A DNA stretch of 64,000 bases, from the NCBI GenBank assembly GCA_050246315.1, contig JBFWWG010000011.1:64001-128000 (forward strand). Reading direction: 5' to 3'. This document shows, in pieces, positions 40,854-49,929 of the stretch (position 1 is its first letter; each line of letters opens with the position of its first letter). This DNA is from Nitrospiraceae bacterium (lineage in GTDB: Bacteria; Nitrospirota; Nitrospiria; Nitrospirales; Nitrospiraceae). A program made the position numbers and the translations under genes. The notes below the pieces were generated by a model. That model made no database searches, was not told where the DNA came from, and saw only the letters and a program-made list of their open reading frames with translations.

Positions 40854-42160
40854 TGGGAAACGCCCTGGCCATAGCCGCGGTGACCGCGGTGCTCAAGGAT
40901 CTGCTCAACAACGGCCTCATCGATCACAATGTCACGGGGGCGGTCGGAGGCAACGTGACGGTCAGCGCGCTGCCGCCGGACCGAGTCTTTGCTCCCGGGG
41001 CGCAAGAAGGCAATCAGCTCAATCTCTTTCTCTATCAGGTGGCCCCCAACGCCGGCTGGCGCAATGTCGGGCTGCCGTCCCGTGACGAGCGCGGCGGGCG
41101 ATTGACCAATCCCCCCCTGGCGCTGGATCTGCATTATCTCCTGACGGCCTATGGCGCTGAAGACCTGCACGCGGAGCTCCTGCTCGGCTATGCCATGCAA
41201 CTGTTCCATGAAACTCCCATGCTGACCAGGCAGGCCATTCGCACGGCGCTCTTGCCTTCTCCGGTGAACGGATCGATCCTCCCGCCGGCGCTCCAGGCCT
41301 TGTCGGCCTCTGATCTGGCCGACCAGGTCGAGCAGATCAAGATCGTCTCAACGGCTCTCAACAGCGAAGAGATGTCGAAGCTATGGACGGCGTTGCAGGC
41401 TCGCTACCGCCCGACGGCCGCGTATCACGTCTCGGTGGTCATGATCGAATCGCAGCGTCCCGCGAAGTCGCCGCTGCCGATTCTGACGATCGGTCCGGTC
41501 GATCCGGTCACGCGTGAGCCGCGAGGCCCCGTGGCGGTGGCCAATCTCGAACCACCGTTCCCGACGTTGACTTCGGTGACCCTTCCCGAGCAACGAGCAA
41601 GCGCGCAGCTCGGCGATACCCTGGTCGTGCAGGGGCACAAGCTGGATGGCACCAATCTGGCCATCCGTCTGGCCAGTCCGCGATTGACTCAGCCTGTCGA
41701 GTTGCCGATTGCCTCCGGCAATACCGCGACCAGGCTGGAGACCACCATTCCGAACCAGCCGGCCACGTTGCCGGCCGGGCTGTACTCCCTGGCGCTGCTC
41801 GTCCAGCGGCCAGGCGAGACCTTCCGGCGCACGACCAATGAACTCACGCTGGCGTTGGCGCCTCGGATCACGACGGCGTTGCCTGCGACATTTGTACGTG
41901 ACAGAAACGGCGATGCCACCATCTCGTTGGCCGTGCAACCGGAGGTCCAGTCAACGCAACGGGTGGCCTTGCTTCTGGGCGATCTGGAGATCACAGCTCT
42001 ACCGAGGACCAACCAGACCAATACCGTCTCCTTTGTGATTCGCGGTGCGACACCGGGGACGTATCTGGTGCGGGTGCGGGTGGACGGTGTGGACAGTGTG
42101 GTGGTGAATCGCACGGTCACACCGCCGGAGTTCTTCAATCATCGAGTGACGGTGACGTGA
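40853..42160 (+). CDS. DUF4255 / Pvc16-Afp16-like cap (terminator) protein with Ig-like C-terminal domains
   Basis: AIAAVT..L, LNLFLYQV..N, PPLALDLHYLLTA, EEMSKLW, YRPT..Y.V.VV.I. Confidence 0.88.
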   Translation: MGNALAIAAVTAVLKDLLNNGLIDHNVTGAVGGNVTVSALPPDRVFAPGAQEGNQLNLFLYQVAPNAGWRNVGLPSRDERGGRLTNPPLALDLHYLLTAYGAEDLHAELLLGYAMQLFHETPMLTRQAIRTALLPSPVNGSILPPALQALSASDLADQVEQIKIVSTALNSEEMSKLWTALQARYRPTAAYHVSVVMIESQRPAKSPLPILTIGPVDPVTREPRGPVAVANLEPPFPTLTSVTLPEQRASAQLGDTLVVQGHKLDGTNLAIRLASPRLTQPVELPIASGNTATRLETTIPNQPATLPAGLYSLALLVQRPGETFRRTTNELTLALAPRITTALPATFVRDRNGDATISLAVQPEVQSTQRVALLLGDLEITALPRTNQTNTVSFVIRGATPGTYLVRVRVDGVDSVVVNRTVTPPEFFNHRVTVT

Positions 42161-44181
42161 TGCAGACGGACCAGCAGAGCGCCCCGTCCTGGCACGAGAC
42201 GAACCAGCGGTCTCTTATGGCCGAGGTGGCCCGAGTCGGTGCCGCTCTCGCCCGGCACGCGGCGGCTCGGTCCGTCGGCATGGACGCGCCGCCGGAGCGG
42301 GTTGGGCAGGAGCCGGATGCGCGGGATCCGGAGGTCGGAGAATCCGCCGCTCCGTCCGCGCTGGATGTGCTGTGCGTCAGTTTCGGGCTCTCGGCATTCG
42401 AACGAGACATCCTGCTCTTGGCGGCGGGAATGGAACTCGACGCCGGTATGGCGCCCGCCTGTGCGGCTGCACAGGGGGATGCGCGTCGGCCCTATCCGAC
42501 ATTCGGCCTGGCCTTGGCGTCGCTGTCTCATGCCCATTGGAGCGCCGTCATTCCTACAGCCCCCTTACGCCGCTGGCGGTTGGTGGAGGTGGGCCATGGT
42601 GACACCCTCATGACAAGCCCCCTGCGGATCGATGAGCGAATCCTGCACTATCTCGCGGGTCTGTCGCATCCGGACGAGCGGTTGGCCGGCCTGGTGGAGG
42701 CCGTTGTGATGGAGCTCATGGGCGCGCTAGCTCCCACCCATCAGCGGCTGGTTGACCAGGCGGTCGCGATGATCGTGCGGCCGGCTGCCACGTACCGAAG
42801 GCCGCATCTCCAACTCTGTGGCGGCGATGGGCTGACCAAGCGGCAGATCGCCGCTGCCATCGCGGAGGCCGTAGGCGGACCTCTGTATCGTCTCGTGGCG
42901 TCTGCGTTGCCGACCGCGCCACAGGAACTCGATATGGTTCTGCGGCTGTGGACTCGGGAAGCCGTGCTCGCGCGGAGTCTCCTCCTGATCGAATGTGATG
43001 AGACCGATGCGCTTGATGGCGGGAAAGACCATGCGCTCAACACGTTTCTCGATGGTGTCAGCGCGCCGCTTATTCTGAGCGTCAGGGAGCGTCGTCGGTC
43101 GGGACCCAGTCGGTTCCTCAATTTGGACGTGGAACCGCCTTCCCATCAGGAGCGCCGGCATCTATGGACACAGGCGCTGGGGCAATGGGGTCCGACCTTG
43201 AACGGGGCAGTCGAGGCGGTGAGCCGGCAATTTCAAATCGGTCCCGGTGTTATTCAGGCCGCCGGCCTTGCCTTAAGCGCGGAGGGCGATTACGACAGTT
43301 CGCTGGCTACGGGGCTGGAACAGGCCGATCGGCTGTGGGAGTTCTGCCGCCGACAAGCGCGACCGCGGCTCGACGAGCTGGCACAACGCATCGAGCCCGC
43401 GGCGACCTGGGAGGACCTGGTCCTGCCGGATGCCCAACGGCAGACCCTGCGAGAAATCACGATGCATGTCCGGCACCGCACGACTGTGTATGAGACGTGG
43501 GGATTCTCGGAAAAGGGGACCCGCGGTCTGGGCATCAGCGCGCTCTTTGCCGGGGCGAGCGGGACGGGGAAGACCATGGCGGCGGAGGTGCTGGCCTCTT
43601 CCCTCCGTCTCGATCTCTACCGCATCGACCTCAGTCAAGTGGTCAGCAAATACATCGGCGAAACGGAAAAGAACCTGCGCAAGGTCTTCGATGCGGCGGA
43701 GGGCGGGGCCGCCATTCTGTTGTTCGACGAGGCCGACGCGCTGTTCGGCAAACGCAGCGAAGTCAAAGATAGTCACGACCGCTACGCCAACGTCGAGGTG
43801 AGCTATCTCTTGCAGCGCATGGAAGCCTATCGGGGCCTGGCGATTCTGACGACCAACATGAAAACCGCCTTGGACGCGGCCTTTCTGCGTCGCATCCGGT
43901 TCGTCGTACAGTTCCCGTTTCCCGACCAGACGCGGCGGGCGGAAATCTGGAGGCGGATCTTTCCGGAGGCCGTGCCGAGGGAAGGACTCGATTGGGAGCG
44001 GTTGGCACGCCTGAACGTGGCCGGAGGGCATATTCGGAACATCGCGATGAATGCGACGTTCCTTGCGGCGGACGCCGGGGAGGCCGTGACGATGCGACAC
44101 CTCTTGCAAGCGGCGCGGGGCGAGTATGCCAAGCTGGAAAGACCGCTGACGGAAGCCGAAATCGGAGGATGGGGGGCATGA
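42157..44181 (+). CDS. eCIS AAA+ ATPase (Afp15/Pvc15-like)
   Basis: WEDLVLP, GASGTGKT, SKYIGETEKNL, LLFDEADALFGKRSEVKDSHDRYAN, AFLRR. Confidence 0.95.
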   Translation: MMQTDQQSAPSWHETNQRSLMAEVARVGAALARHAAARSVGMDAPPERVGQEPDARDPEVGESAAPSALDVLCVSFGLSAFERDILLLAAGMELDAGMAPACAAAQGDARRPYPTFGLALASLSHAHWSAVIPTAPLRRWRLVEVGHGDTLMTSPLRIDERILHYLAGLSHPDERLAGLVEAVVMELMGALAPTHQRLVDQAVAMIVRPAATYRRPHLQLCGGDGLTKRQIAAAIAEAVGGPLYRLVASALPTAPQELDMVLRLWTREAVLARSLLLIECDETDALDGGKDHALNTFLDGVSAPLILSVRERRRSGPSRFLNLDVEPPSHQERRHLWTQALGQWGPTLNGAVEAVSRQFQIGPGVIQAAGLALSAEGDYDSSLATGLEQADRLWEFCRRQARPRLDELAQRIEPAATWEDLVLPDAQRQTLREITMHVRHRTTVYETWGFSEKGTRGLGISALFAGASGTGKTMAAEVLASSLRLDLYRIDLSQVVSKYIGETEKNLRKVFDAAEGGAAILLFDEADALFGKRSEVKDSHDRYANVEVSYLLQRMEAYRGLAILTTNMKTALDAAFLRRIRFVVQFPFPDQTRRAEIWRRIFPEAVPREGLDWERLARLNVAGGHIRNIAMNATFLAADAGEAVTMRHLLQAARGEYAKLERPLTEAEIGGWGA

Positions 44182-44540
44182 CAGAGGAGCTGCGAGGACT
44201 GAGGACCGAATCGGAGCACCCTCAGGCGCAAGGTTTCGCTCAGTCCTCATCGCTCAGTCCTCAGACGTATGAAATCGACATCGAAGTACTCGAGCTGCAT
44301 GGCTTCCCGTATGGGGACAGAGACCGCATCGCCCTGGCCTTAGAGCGCGAGTTGGGAAGGCTCTGCTTGGAAGAGGGAATTCCGCCGGCCTTGGTTCATC
44401 CAGCTCATATCGCGCGGTTGAGCGGGGGATCATTCACGGTTTCATCCGGGTCAAGGGCCGAAAGGGTGGGCAGACAAGCGGCGCAAGCCGTGTACGGCGC
44501 CTGGCGGACAGCCGGCGGACCGAGTCTGTCTGAGCGATGA
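44178..44540 (+). CDS. Small eCIS-associated hypothetical protein
   Basis: ATGA coupling to ATPase; EIDIEVLELHGF..ALERELGRL..VGRQAAQAVY. Confidence 0.6.
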   Translation: MTEELRGLRTESEHPQAQGFAQSSSLSPQTYEIDIEVLELHGFPYGDRDRIALALERELGRLCLEEGIPPALVHPAHIARLSGGSFTVSSGSRAERVGRQAAQAVYGAWRTAGGPSLSER

Positions 44541-44565
44541 ACGACTAACGCGAAAGGAGAACGTC

Positions 44566-44997
44566 ATGGCGCGTCGAGCCACGCGAGCACCGGAAGCCGC
44601 ACGAACTTGTGCGACCGGAATCTGCGATCCGCAGAGGACCCAAGGACTTAAGGCCCCCGCGCCGAATGGGAAGCATGCGCTGGTGACACTTAGAGGGCCG
44701 GGTGTGTTTCTGGCGGCGCAGGTCTCGAAGCAAGGAGGCAATACCGACCTGACCTTCGTCAATCTGGATATCGACGACAGGAACGTAACCAGTCTGTCCT
44801 TTGCAGCAGCTAATAACTGGGGACTCACCCAGCAGAATCCGTACGGCATCGCCCTGCTCAAGGGAAGCGCGATCGACACGCTGACCGTAGGCCTCCCCTC
44901 GCCCTTGCGGTTCGAGCGAGAGCTCAGGCTTTCCGTCAATGTGAATGAAACCGGAGTCGTTCAGATAGTCGCCAACGTCATTCACGGTACTGCCTGA
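44566..44997 (+). CDS. Hypothetical beta-rich protein
   Basis: AAGGAG RBS; predicted beta strands; co-oriented in the locus. Confidence 0.65.
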   Translation: MARRATRAPEAARTCATGICDPQRTQGLKAPAPNGKHALVTLRGPGVFLAAQVSKQGGNTDLTFVNLDIDDRNVTSLSFAAANNWGLTQQNPYGIALLKGSAIDTLTVGLPSPLRFERELRLSVNVNETGVVQIVANVIHGTA

Positions 44998-45018
44998 TGC
45001 GCGAGATCGGTTGAGCTA

Positions 45019-46635
45019 ATGACCACGCGAATACAAAACCGAGTCCCCCCACGCGTCGAGGCGTCCGGAATTTCCGCTCGAGCGGGAGTTCTCCAGCGCC
45101 AATGCGTGTGCGGCGGACCGGCCGGGATGACCGGAGAGTGTGAGATGTGCAAGAGCATAAAGCTCATGGGCAAACCGCTTCAGCGCAAACTTGTGAGCAG
45201 CGAACCTGATGATCGGTACGAGCAGGAAGCCGATCGTGTCGCGGAGCAGGTGATGCGGATGCCGGACGCCGACGTGAGTAGATCACGCCACGATGCTGCG
45301 AGTCCGCTGGTCCAGCGCCGGACGACGGAGGGAGGCACCGGTGTGATGGAAGCGCCGCCCATCGTCCACGATGTGCTGAACTCTTCGGGGCAGCCGCTCG
45401 GCGGGGCCACTCGGGCCTTCTTCGAGCCGCGGTTCGACCATGACTTCAGCAAGGTGCGGGTGCATGCGGGGGGGCTGGCCGAGCAATCGGCGCGGGACAT
45501 GAATGCGCATGCATATACCGTGGCGCCCCACGTCGTGTTTGGTACGGATCGGCTCTCGCCGGAGACACTTGTGGGACGCCGGTTGATGGCTCACGAACTC
45601 GCCCATGTGGTGCAGCAATCAGGGGGAAATGGGATGACGGGCAACGTCGTGCAGCGCCAGCCGGCCAATATGACCGAGGCCTACTACCAGAGGCTGGTTA
45701 AGCAAAAGAAGTGGTGTCGCGATTCAGAGAAATCGGGGGAGCTTCATCCGGGGCTGCAGTGTTACCGTGAGATACCAGCGCGTCGCGGCTATCCACCTGC
45801 AAATCAAGTCTGTTTCAGCAAGGAAACCGGGAAGTTCGTCGAGGAAAGCCCGGATTTTGTCTCAGCGGTTTGGGGGCAGAAGAAAGACGGCATCTGCGAT
45901 ATCCCGATGGGATTGACCGACCCACCTCAGCCCTTCACCCAACGTGGCCGGCGTCCGCTCGGTCATTTGATCGCCGATATCGCGACCGAAGATCCCAATC
46001 TGATTGGCAAACACTTTGGGCGACTGTCCGGCGTGGCCATGGGTATTGCGTTGCCCAAGGGGCTCGACTCGGACCTTTTGGCTTTCGCCGTTCCGACGAT
46101 ACTTGGTTTCGTTGCTGGAGAACTCGGCGAACGAGGGTTGCCTCGGTTGAACGGCTTGGCTCGAAAGCACGGATTTGTGCCGACCATCAGTCTGGAAGCC
46201 GGCAGCAACATCGGCCTGGGTCTCGGCATCGGACTCGAGAAAAGAGATCGCCCCCTGCCTCTTGTGCCCATCAACACATACCTGACGTTCAGCCTCGATT
46301 CGACCTTGGACGTCGCTGGCGAATCAGGGGGCAGTGGGGCTTTTCTGGCAAAAGTCGGCGTCCGTATTGATCCGGGCAAACAGGGCGGACTGTTCGCGCT
46401 GGGATCAGTCGGCGCAGGGCTGGCATTGGGCGAAGAGGCGTCCGGAGCGGTTTCGGCGGAAATCGGCGCGGGGATTCGGGCGACAGATTTCCTCGACGTG
46501 CAACTGGTGCGAGAGACCGTCGCCGGCGATGAGGGGGAAGGTGCCACCTATTGGCTGACCTTAAAACTCGTCGCTCCGCAGCGCGTGCTCAAGGGGCATC
46601 GGAAGATTCCAGTCTCCAAGAAAGGGCCTCGATGA
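45019..46635 (+). CDS. DUF4157 (eCIS core) protein 1; Cys-containing domain + Gly-rich beta-barrel-like C-terminus
   Basis: FFEPRF.HDFS.VRVH, AHAYT, LMAHELAHVVQQ. Confidence 0.85.
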   Translation: MTTRIQNRVPPRVEASGISARAGVLQRQCVCGGPAGMTGECEMCKSIKLMGKPLQRKLVSSEPDDRYEQEADRVAEQVMRMPDADVSRSRHDAASPLVQRRTTEGGTGVMEAPPIVHDVLNSSGQPLGGATRAFFEPRFDHDFSKVRVHAGGLAEQSARDMNAHAYTVAPHVVFGTDRLSPETLVGRRLMAHELAHVVQQSGGNGMTGNVVQRQPANMTEAYYQRLVKQKKWCRDSEKSGELHPGLQCYREIPARRGYPPANQVCFSKETGKFVEESPDFVSAVWGQKKDGICDIPMGLTDPPQPFTQRGRRPLGHLIADIATEDPNLIGKHFGRLSGVAMGIALPKGLDSDLLAFAVPTILGFVAGELGERGLPRLNGLARKHGFVPTISLEAGSNIGLGLGIGLEKRDRPLPLVPINTYLTFSLDSTLDVAGESGGSGAFLAKVGVRIDPGKQGGLFALGSVGAGLALGEEASGAVSAEIGAGIRATDFLDVQLVRETVAGDEGEGATYWLTLKLVAPQRVLKGHRKIPVSKKGPR

Positions 46636-46669
46636 ATGCAGCCCAATTGAGGGCTGAGCCGAGACGATC

Positions 46670-48253
46670 ATGACAGGACTACGACGAATGCAAACGACGG
46701 CATCGCAAGGCCGGCCATTCACCTCGGCACCTGCGGGGTGCCACTTGCAGCGCCGGTGCGCCTGCGGCGGATCGGCAGGGATGAGCGGGACATGTGCGGA
46801 ATGCAGCCAGAAGAGACTCCTGGGAAAGCCGTTGCAAGCCAGGTTGCGAATCAATGAACCGGGAGATCCATACGAGCAGGAAGCTGATCGCGTCGCCGAG
46901 CAGGTGATGCGGATGCCGGATACTGAAGCGACCAGGCCGTGCGGCGAAGGCGGGAGTCCGATCGTGCAACGACGTGCGACAAGTGGTGGCACCGGTGTGA
47001 TGGAAGCGCCGTCCATCGTCCACGACGTGCTGAACTCTTCAGGGCAGCCGCTCGACGCCTCGATCCGCGCCTTCTTCGGGTCGCGCTTCGGCCATGACTT
47101 CAGCCGAGTGCGGGTGCATGCCGATGGGAAGGCGGACAAGTCCGCGCGAGCAGTGAACGCCCATGCCTACACGGTGGGACCCAACATCGTGTTCGGCGCC
47201 AGGCAGTTCTCGCACGAAACGCGGGAAGGCCGGCGGTTGCTGGCGCATGAACTTGCGCACGTCGTGCAGCAATCGGGCTCCGAGCCATTACTGAGAGACC
47301 GAGGCGGTAGCCGTTCTCGGCCATCCCTTCTCTCTACGCCTTGTATCCAGCGCGACGGAATGGGAGACGTCCGTTTGGCGGAGGCGCGGGACGAGCTGGA
47401 AGAACAAATTCGCACGACGCCCGCGTTCGTCGCTCTGGATCCGGACAGCGTCAAGTTGACGGAAGAAATCATCATCGAAATACGCAAGCGATCTCTTCCC
47501 GATACCTATCATTTCCTGTCGAAATTGAAAGTACTTTTCGATACGCCGCTCAAGCCTCCGGCCGTGATTACGACGGAGACACAGGCTGGGACGGCGACCG
47601 CTGTGAAGGCGGAGAAAACACGATTGGCCAAACCGGCGGCGGCCCGGAATACGACACGTGAAGAGAAGGCGGCCGCCGATCCGAAAAGAACCTGGGTCCC
47701 AATCGCCGGCAAGTTTGGCGGAGGGACCTATTACGTGGATCGGACCTCTGCCACCAACATCGTTGTGAGAGCCGATATTCACCTGATCGCGAAAGGCACC
47801 GGCACCAAGAAGGATGTGGATTCTATCAAAGCCATGGAAGATGGGATCGAAAAGGCCGCCTCCAATAAAGGGTACTGGGTAGACATTCGCTTTGTAGACA
47901 CGGCAGCGGCAAACACGTTTCAGGTGGATGTGGATCCTTCGCAGTGGGAAGTGGCGACGAACTGGTCCGGTGGTGACCCGGTGGGTTTTGCCCATGAGCT
48001 GCATCACATGTTTGCTTTCGACCTCGACCGATACGACTATACCCAGCATGCCAGCAACGAATCCATGCCAATACCCGATCGCTTGCATTGGTTCCGGGAG
48101 GAGCTGAAGAAACCGGCAAACTACAACGACCCTACCTCCATCATGAATTCCGCTTCTCATCCGAACGATGATGATGCATGTCGGGTGGCGGGGTTGGATG
48201 TCGCAGTCTGTGTCCCTGCACGAGTAGCGGCACGCGCGGCGGGGAAGCTATGA
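46670..48253 (+). CDS. DUF4157 protein 2; C-terminal metzincin-like metallopeptidase
   Basis: LLAHELAHVVQQ; second site AHELHHMFAFDLDRY and Met-turn-like SIMN. Confidence 0.82.
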   Translation: MTGLRRMQTTASQGRPFTSAPAGCHLQRRCACGGSAGMSGTCAECSQKRLLGKPLQARLRINEPGDPYEQEADRVAEQVMRMPDTEATRPCGEGGSPIVQRRATSGGTGVMEAPSIVHDVLNSSGQPLDASIRAFFGSRFGHDFSRVRVHADGKADKSARAVNAHAYTVGPNIVFGARQFSHETREGRRLLAHELAHVVQQSGSEPLLRDRGGSRSRPSLLSTPCIQRDGMGDVRLAEARDELEEQIRTTPAFVALDPDSVKLTEEIIIEIRKRSLPDTYHFLSKLKVLFDTPLKPPAVITTETQAGTATAVKAEKTRLAKPAAARNTTREEKAAADPKRTWVPIAGKFGGGTYYVDRTSATNIVVRADIHLIAKGTGTKKDVDSIKAMEDGIEKAASNKGYWVDIRFVDTAAANTFQVDVDPSQWEVATNWSGGDPVGFAHELHHMFAFDLDRYDYTQHASNESMPIPDRLHWFREELKKPANYNDPTSIMNSASHPNDDDACRVAGLDVAVCVPARVAARAAGKL

Positions 48254-48446
48254 CAATAGCGAGCGCTGAACAAACTGGATCATGCTGCCGAAGGAAACAC
48301 GGCGATGCTTAAGAGATCGCTGACCGCTTCATTCCAGGATGAGAAATTCTTGCGAGGGGGCTTCCCCCGTATGCGAAGGTTTCTTCCGAGCCTCAGTGAG
48401 GTATGCCTCAGGTGAGGAAGACCCATGTGACGAGGTGAGGAACCAT

Positions 48447-49748
48447 ATGCTTGCAGTGGCAGACAAGATGCCTGACTCAACGAATGCGTCCGGGATGCCT
48501 TCTTCGGGCATGTTCGTCCTCCACCGCAAATGTGCCTGCGGGGGATCGGCGAGGATGAATGGGATATGTACTGAGTGTCAGCAGAAGAAGCTTCTGGGCA
48601 AGCCTCTGCAGGACAAATTGCGGATCAATGAGCCGGGCGATGTCTATGAACAGGAAGCTGATCGCGTCGCCGAGCAGGTGATGCGGATGCCGGATACTGA
48701 AGCGACCAACCCAGGCCACGATGCCGCCAGTCTGCTCGTCCAGCGCCGGTCGACCGCGGGCAGCACCGGAGCCGCCGAGGCGCCGCCCATCGTCCACGAC
48801 GTACTGAACTCTTCAGGGCAGCCGCTCGATGCCGCCACCCGAGCCTTCTTCGAACCTCGGTTCGGCCACGATTTTAGGAATGTCCGCGTGCATGCAGATG
48901 GGAAGGCGGACGAGTCCGCGCGAGCGGTGAGCGCCCATGCCTATACGGTCGGTCACCACATGGTGTTTGGTCCCGGCCAGTTTTCGCCGGAGACGCATGG
49001 AGGCCGACGATTGCTGGCGCACGAATTAACGCATGTCCTCCAGCAGGGAGCTTCCGGGCACAGCGCCACAGGGAGTGGCTCCCTGGGTATCCAACGTCAG
49101 GGTGTGAAAGGCCGGACTAGACCGCCGACGACAGAAACCGAAGGTTGCGATCCTTCATTGCAGAGCGACTTGAAAACAATGCACCACCCGGCCCGTGAGC
49201 ATGTCGAACGCGCCATCGCGAGTTTAGATCCTGGTTGGAAGCGCATGACTCCCGCCAACCGGGCGGCGTTCTCGCAATACTTCGACCCATCGAACAGCGG
49301 GCAAATCGACAATGGGTTCGTCCGTACGGTGAGGGATCGGTACAAACTGATACACAGCACCATGCAGTCCCTGCGCTTTGACTGCGATCCGGAGTCATGG
49401 ACTCTATGCGGGACATCCAAGAAATGGTGCGTCGGAGGGCGCTTGATGTGGACGTGCTTCGGCAATCTCCATGTCTGTTCGAATGCCTACAAGACCGCCA
49501 CTTCAACTTCGAAGATCGAGACCATTATTCACGAGTCGGTGCATAACGCCTTGCTGACGACGGATCGAGCCTATTCCAACGAAGCAGGGTTCCGGGATCT
49601 CAGTCCAAGAGGAACCGGCTTCTGGGGACGGGTTCTGAACTTTCTCGGTAACATCCCTGTGTTGGGGATTCTGTTCCGGTTGCTACCGGGGAACAAAGAC
49701 ACCATGAACAACCCCGACAGTTACGCGGGTTACGCGATGCAGGTGTAA
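48447..49748 (+). CDS. DUF4157 protein 3; C-terminal M35 (aspzincin-like) metallopeptidase
   Basis: LLAHELTHVLQQ; TIIHESVH..TTDRAY...NNPDSY; start uncertain (ORF open from 48339). Confidence 0.82.
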   Translation: MLAVADKMPDSTNASGMPSSGMFVLHRKCACGGSARMNGICTECQQKKLLGKPLQDKLRINEPGDVYEQEADRVAEQVMRMPDTEATNPGHDAASLLVQRRSTAGSTGAAEAPPIVHDVLNSSGQPLDAATRAFFEPRFGHDFRNVRVHADGKADESARAVSAHAYTVGHHMVFGPGQFSPETHGGRRLLAHELTHVLQQGASGHSATGSGSLGIQRQGVKGRTRPPTTETEGCDPSLQSDLKTMHHPAREHVERAIASLDPGWKRMTPANRAAFSQYFDPSNSGQIDNGFVRTVRDRYKLIHSTMQSLRFDCDPESWTLCGTSKKWCVGGRLMWTCFGNLHVCSNAYKTATSTSKIETIIHESVHNALLTTDRAYSNEAGFRDLSPRGTGFWGRVLNFLGNIPVLGILFRLLPGNKDTMNNPDSYAGYAMQV

Positions 49749-49929
49749 GGGGTCGATACGGCAGATGATGGAGAGGGACTGTCCGCACGGCTGAGGAAAG
49801 TCGTACCGCAAGAGCTCGATCGAGAGAACAAGACCGTGCGAGTCCGTGTCATGAAGATGGCAACAAAAGCGAAGGCAAGCGACGTGTCCAATTGCCGGCG
49901 ATCGAAAATGCGAACCACACTGAAGACGG

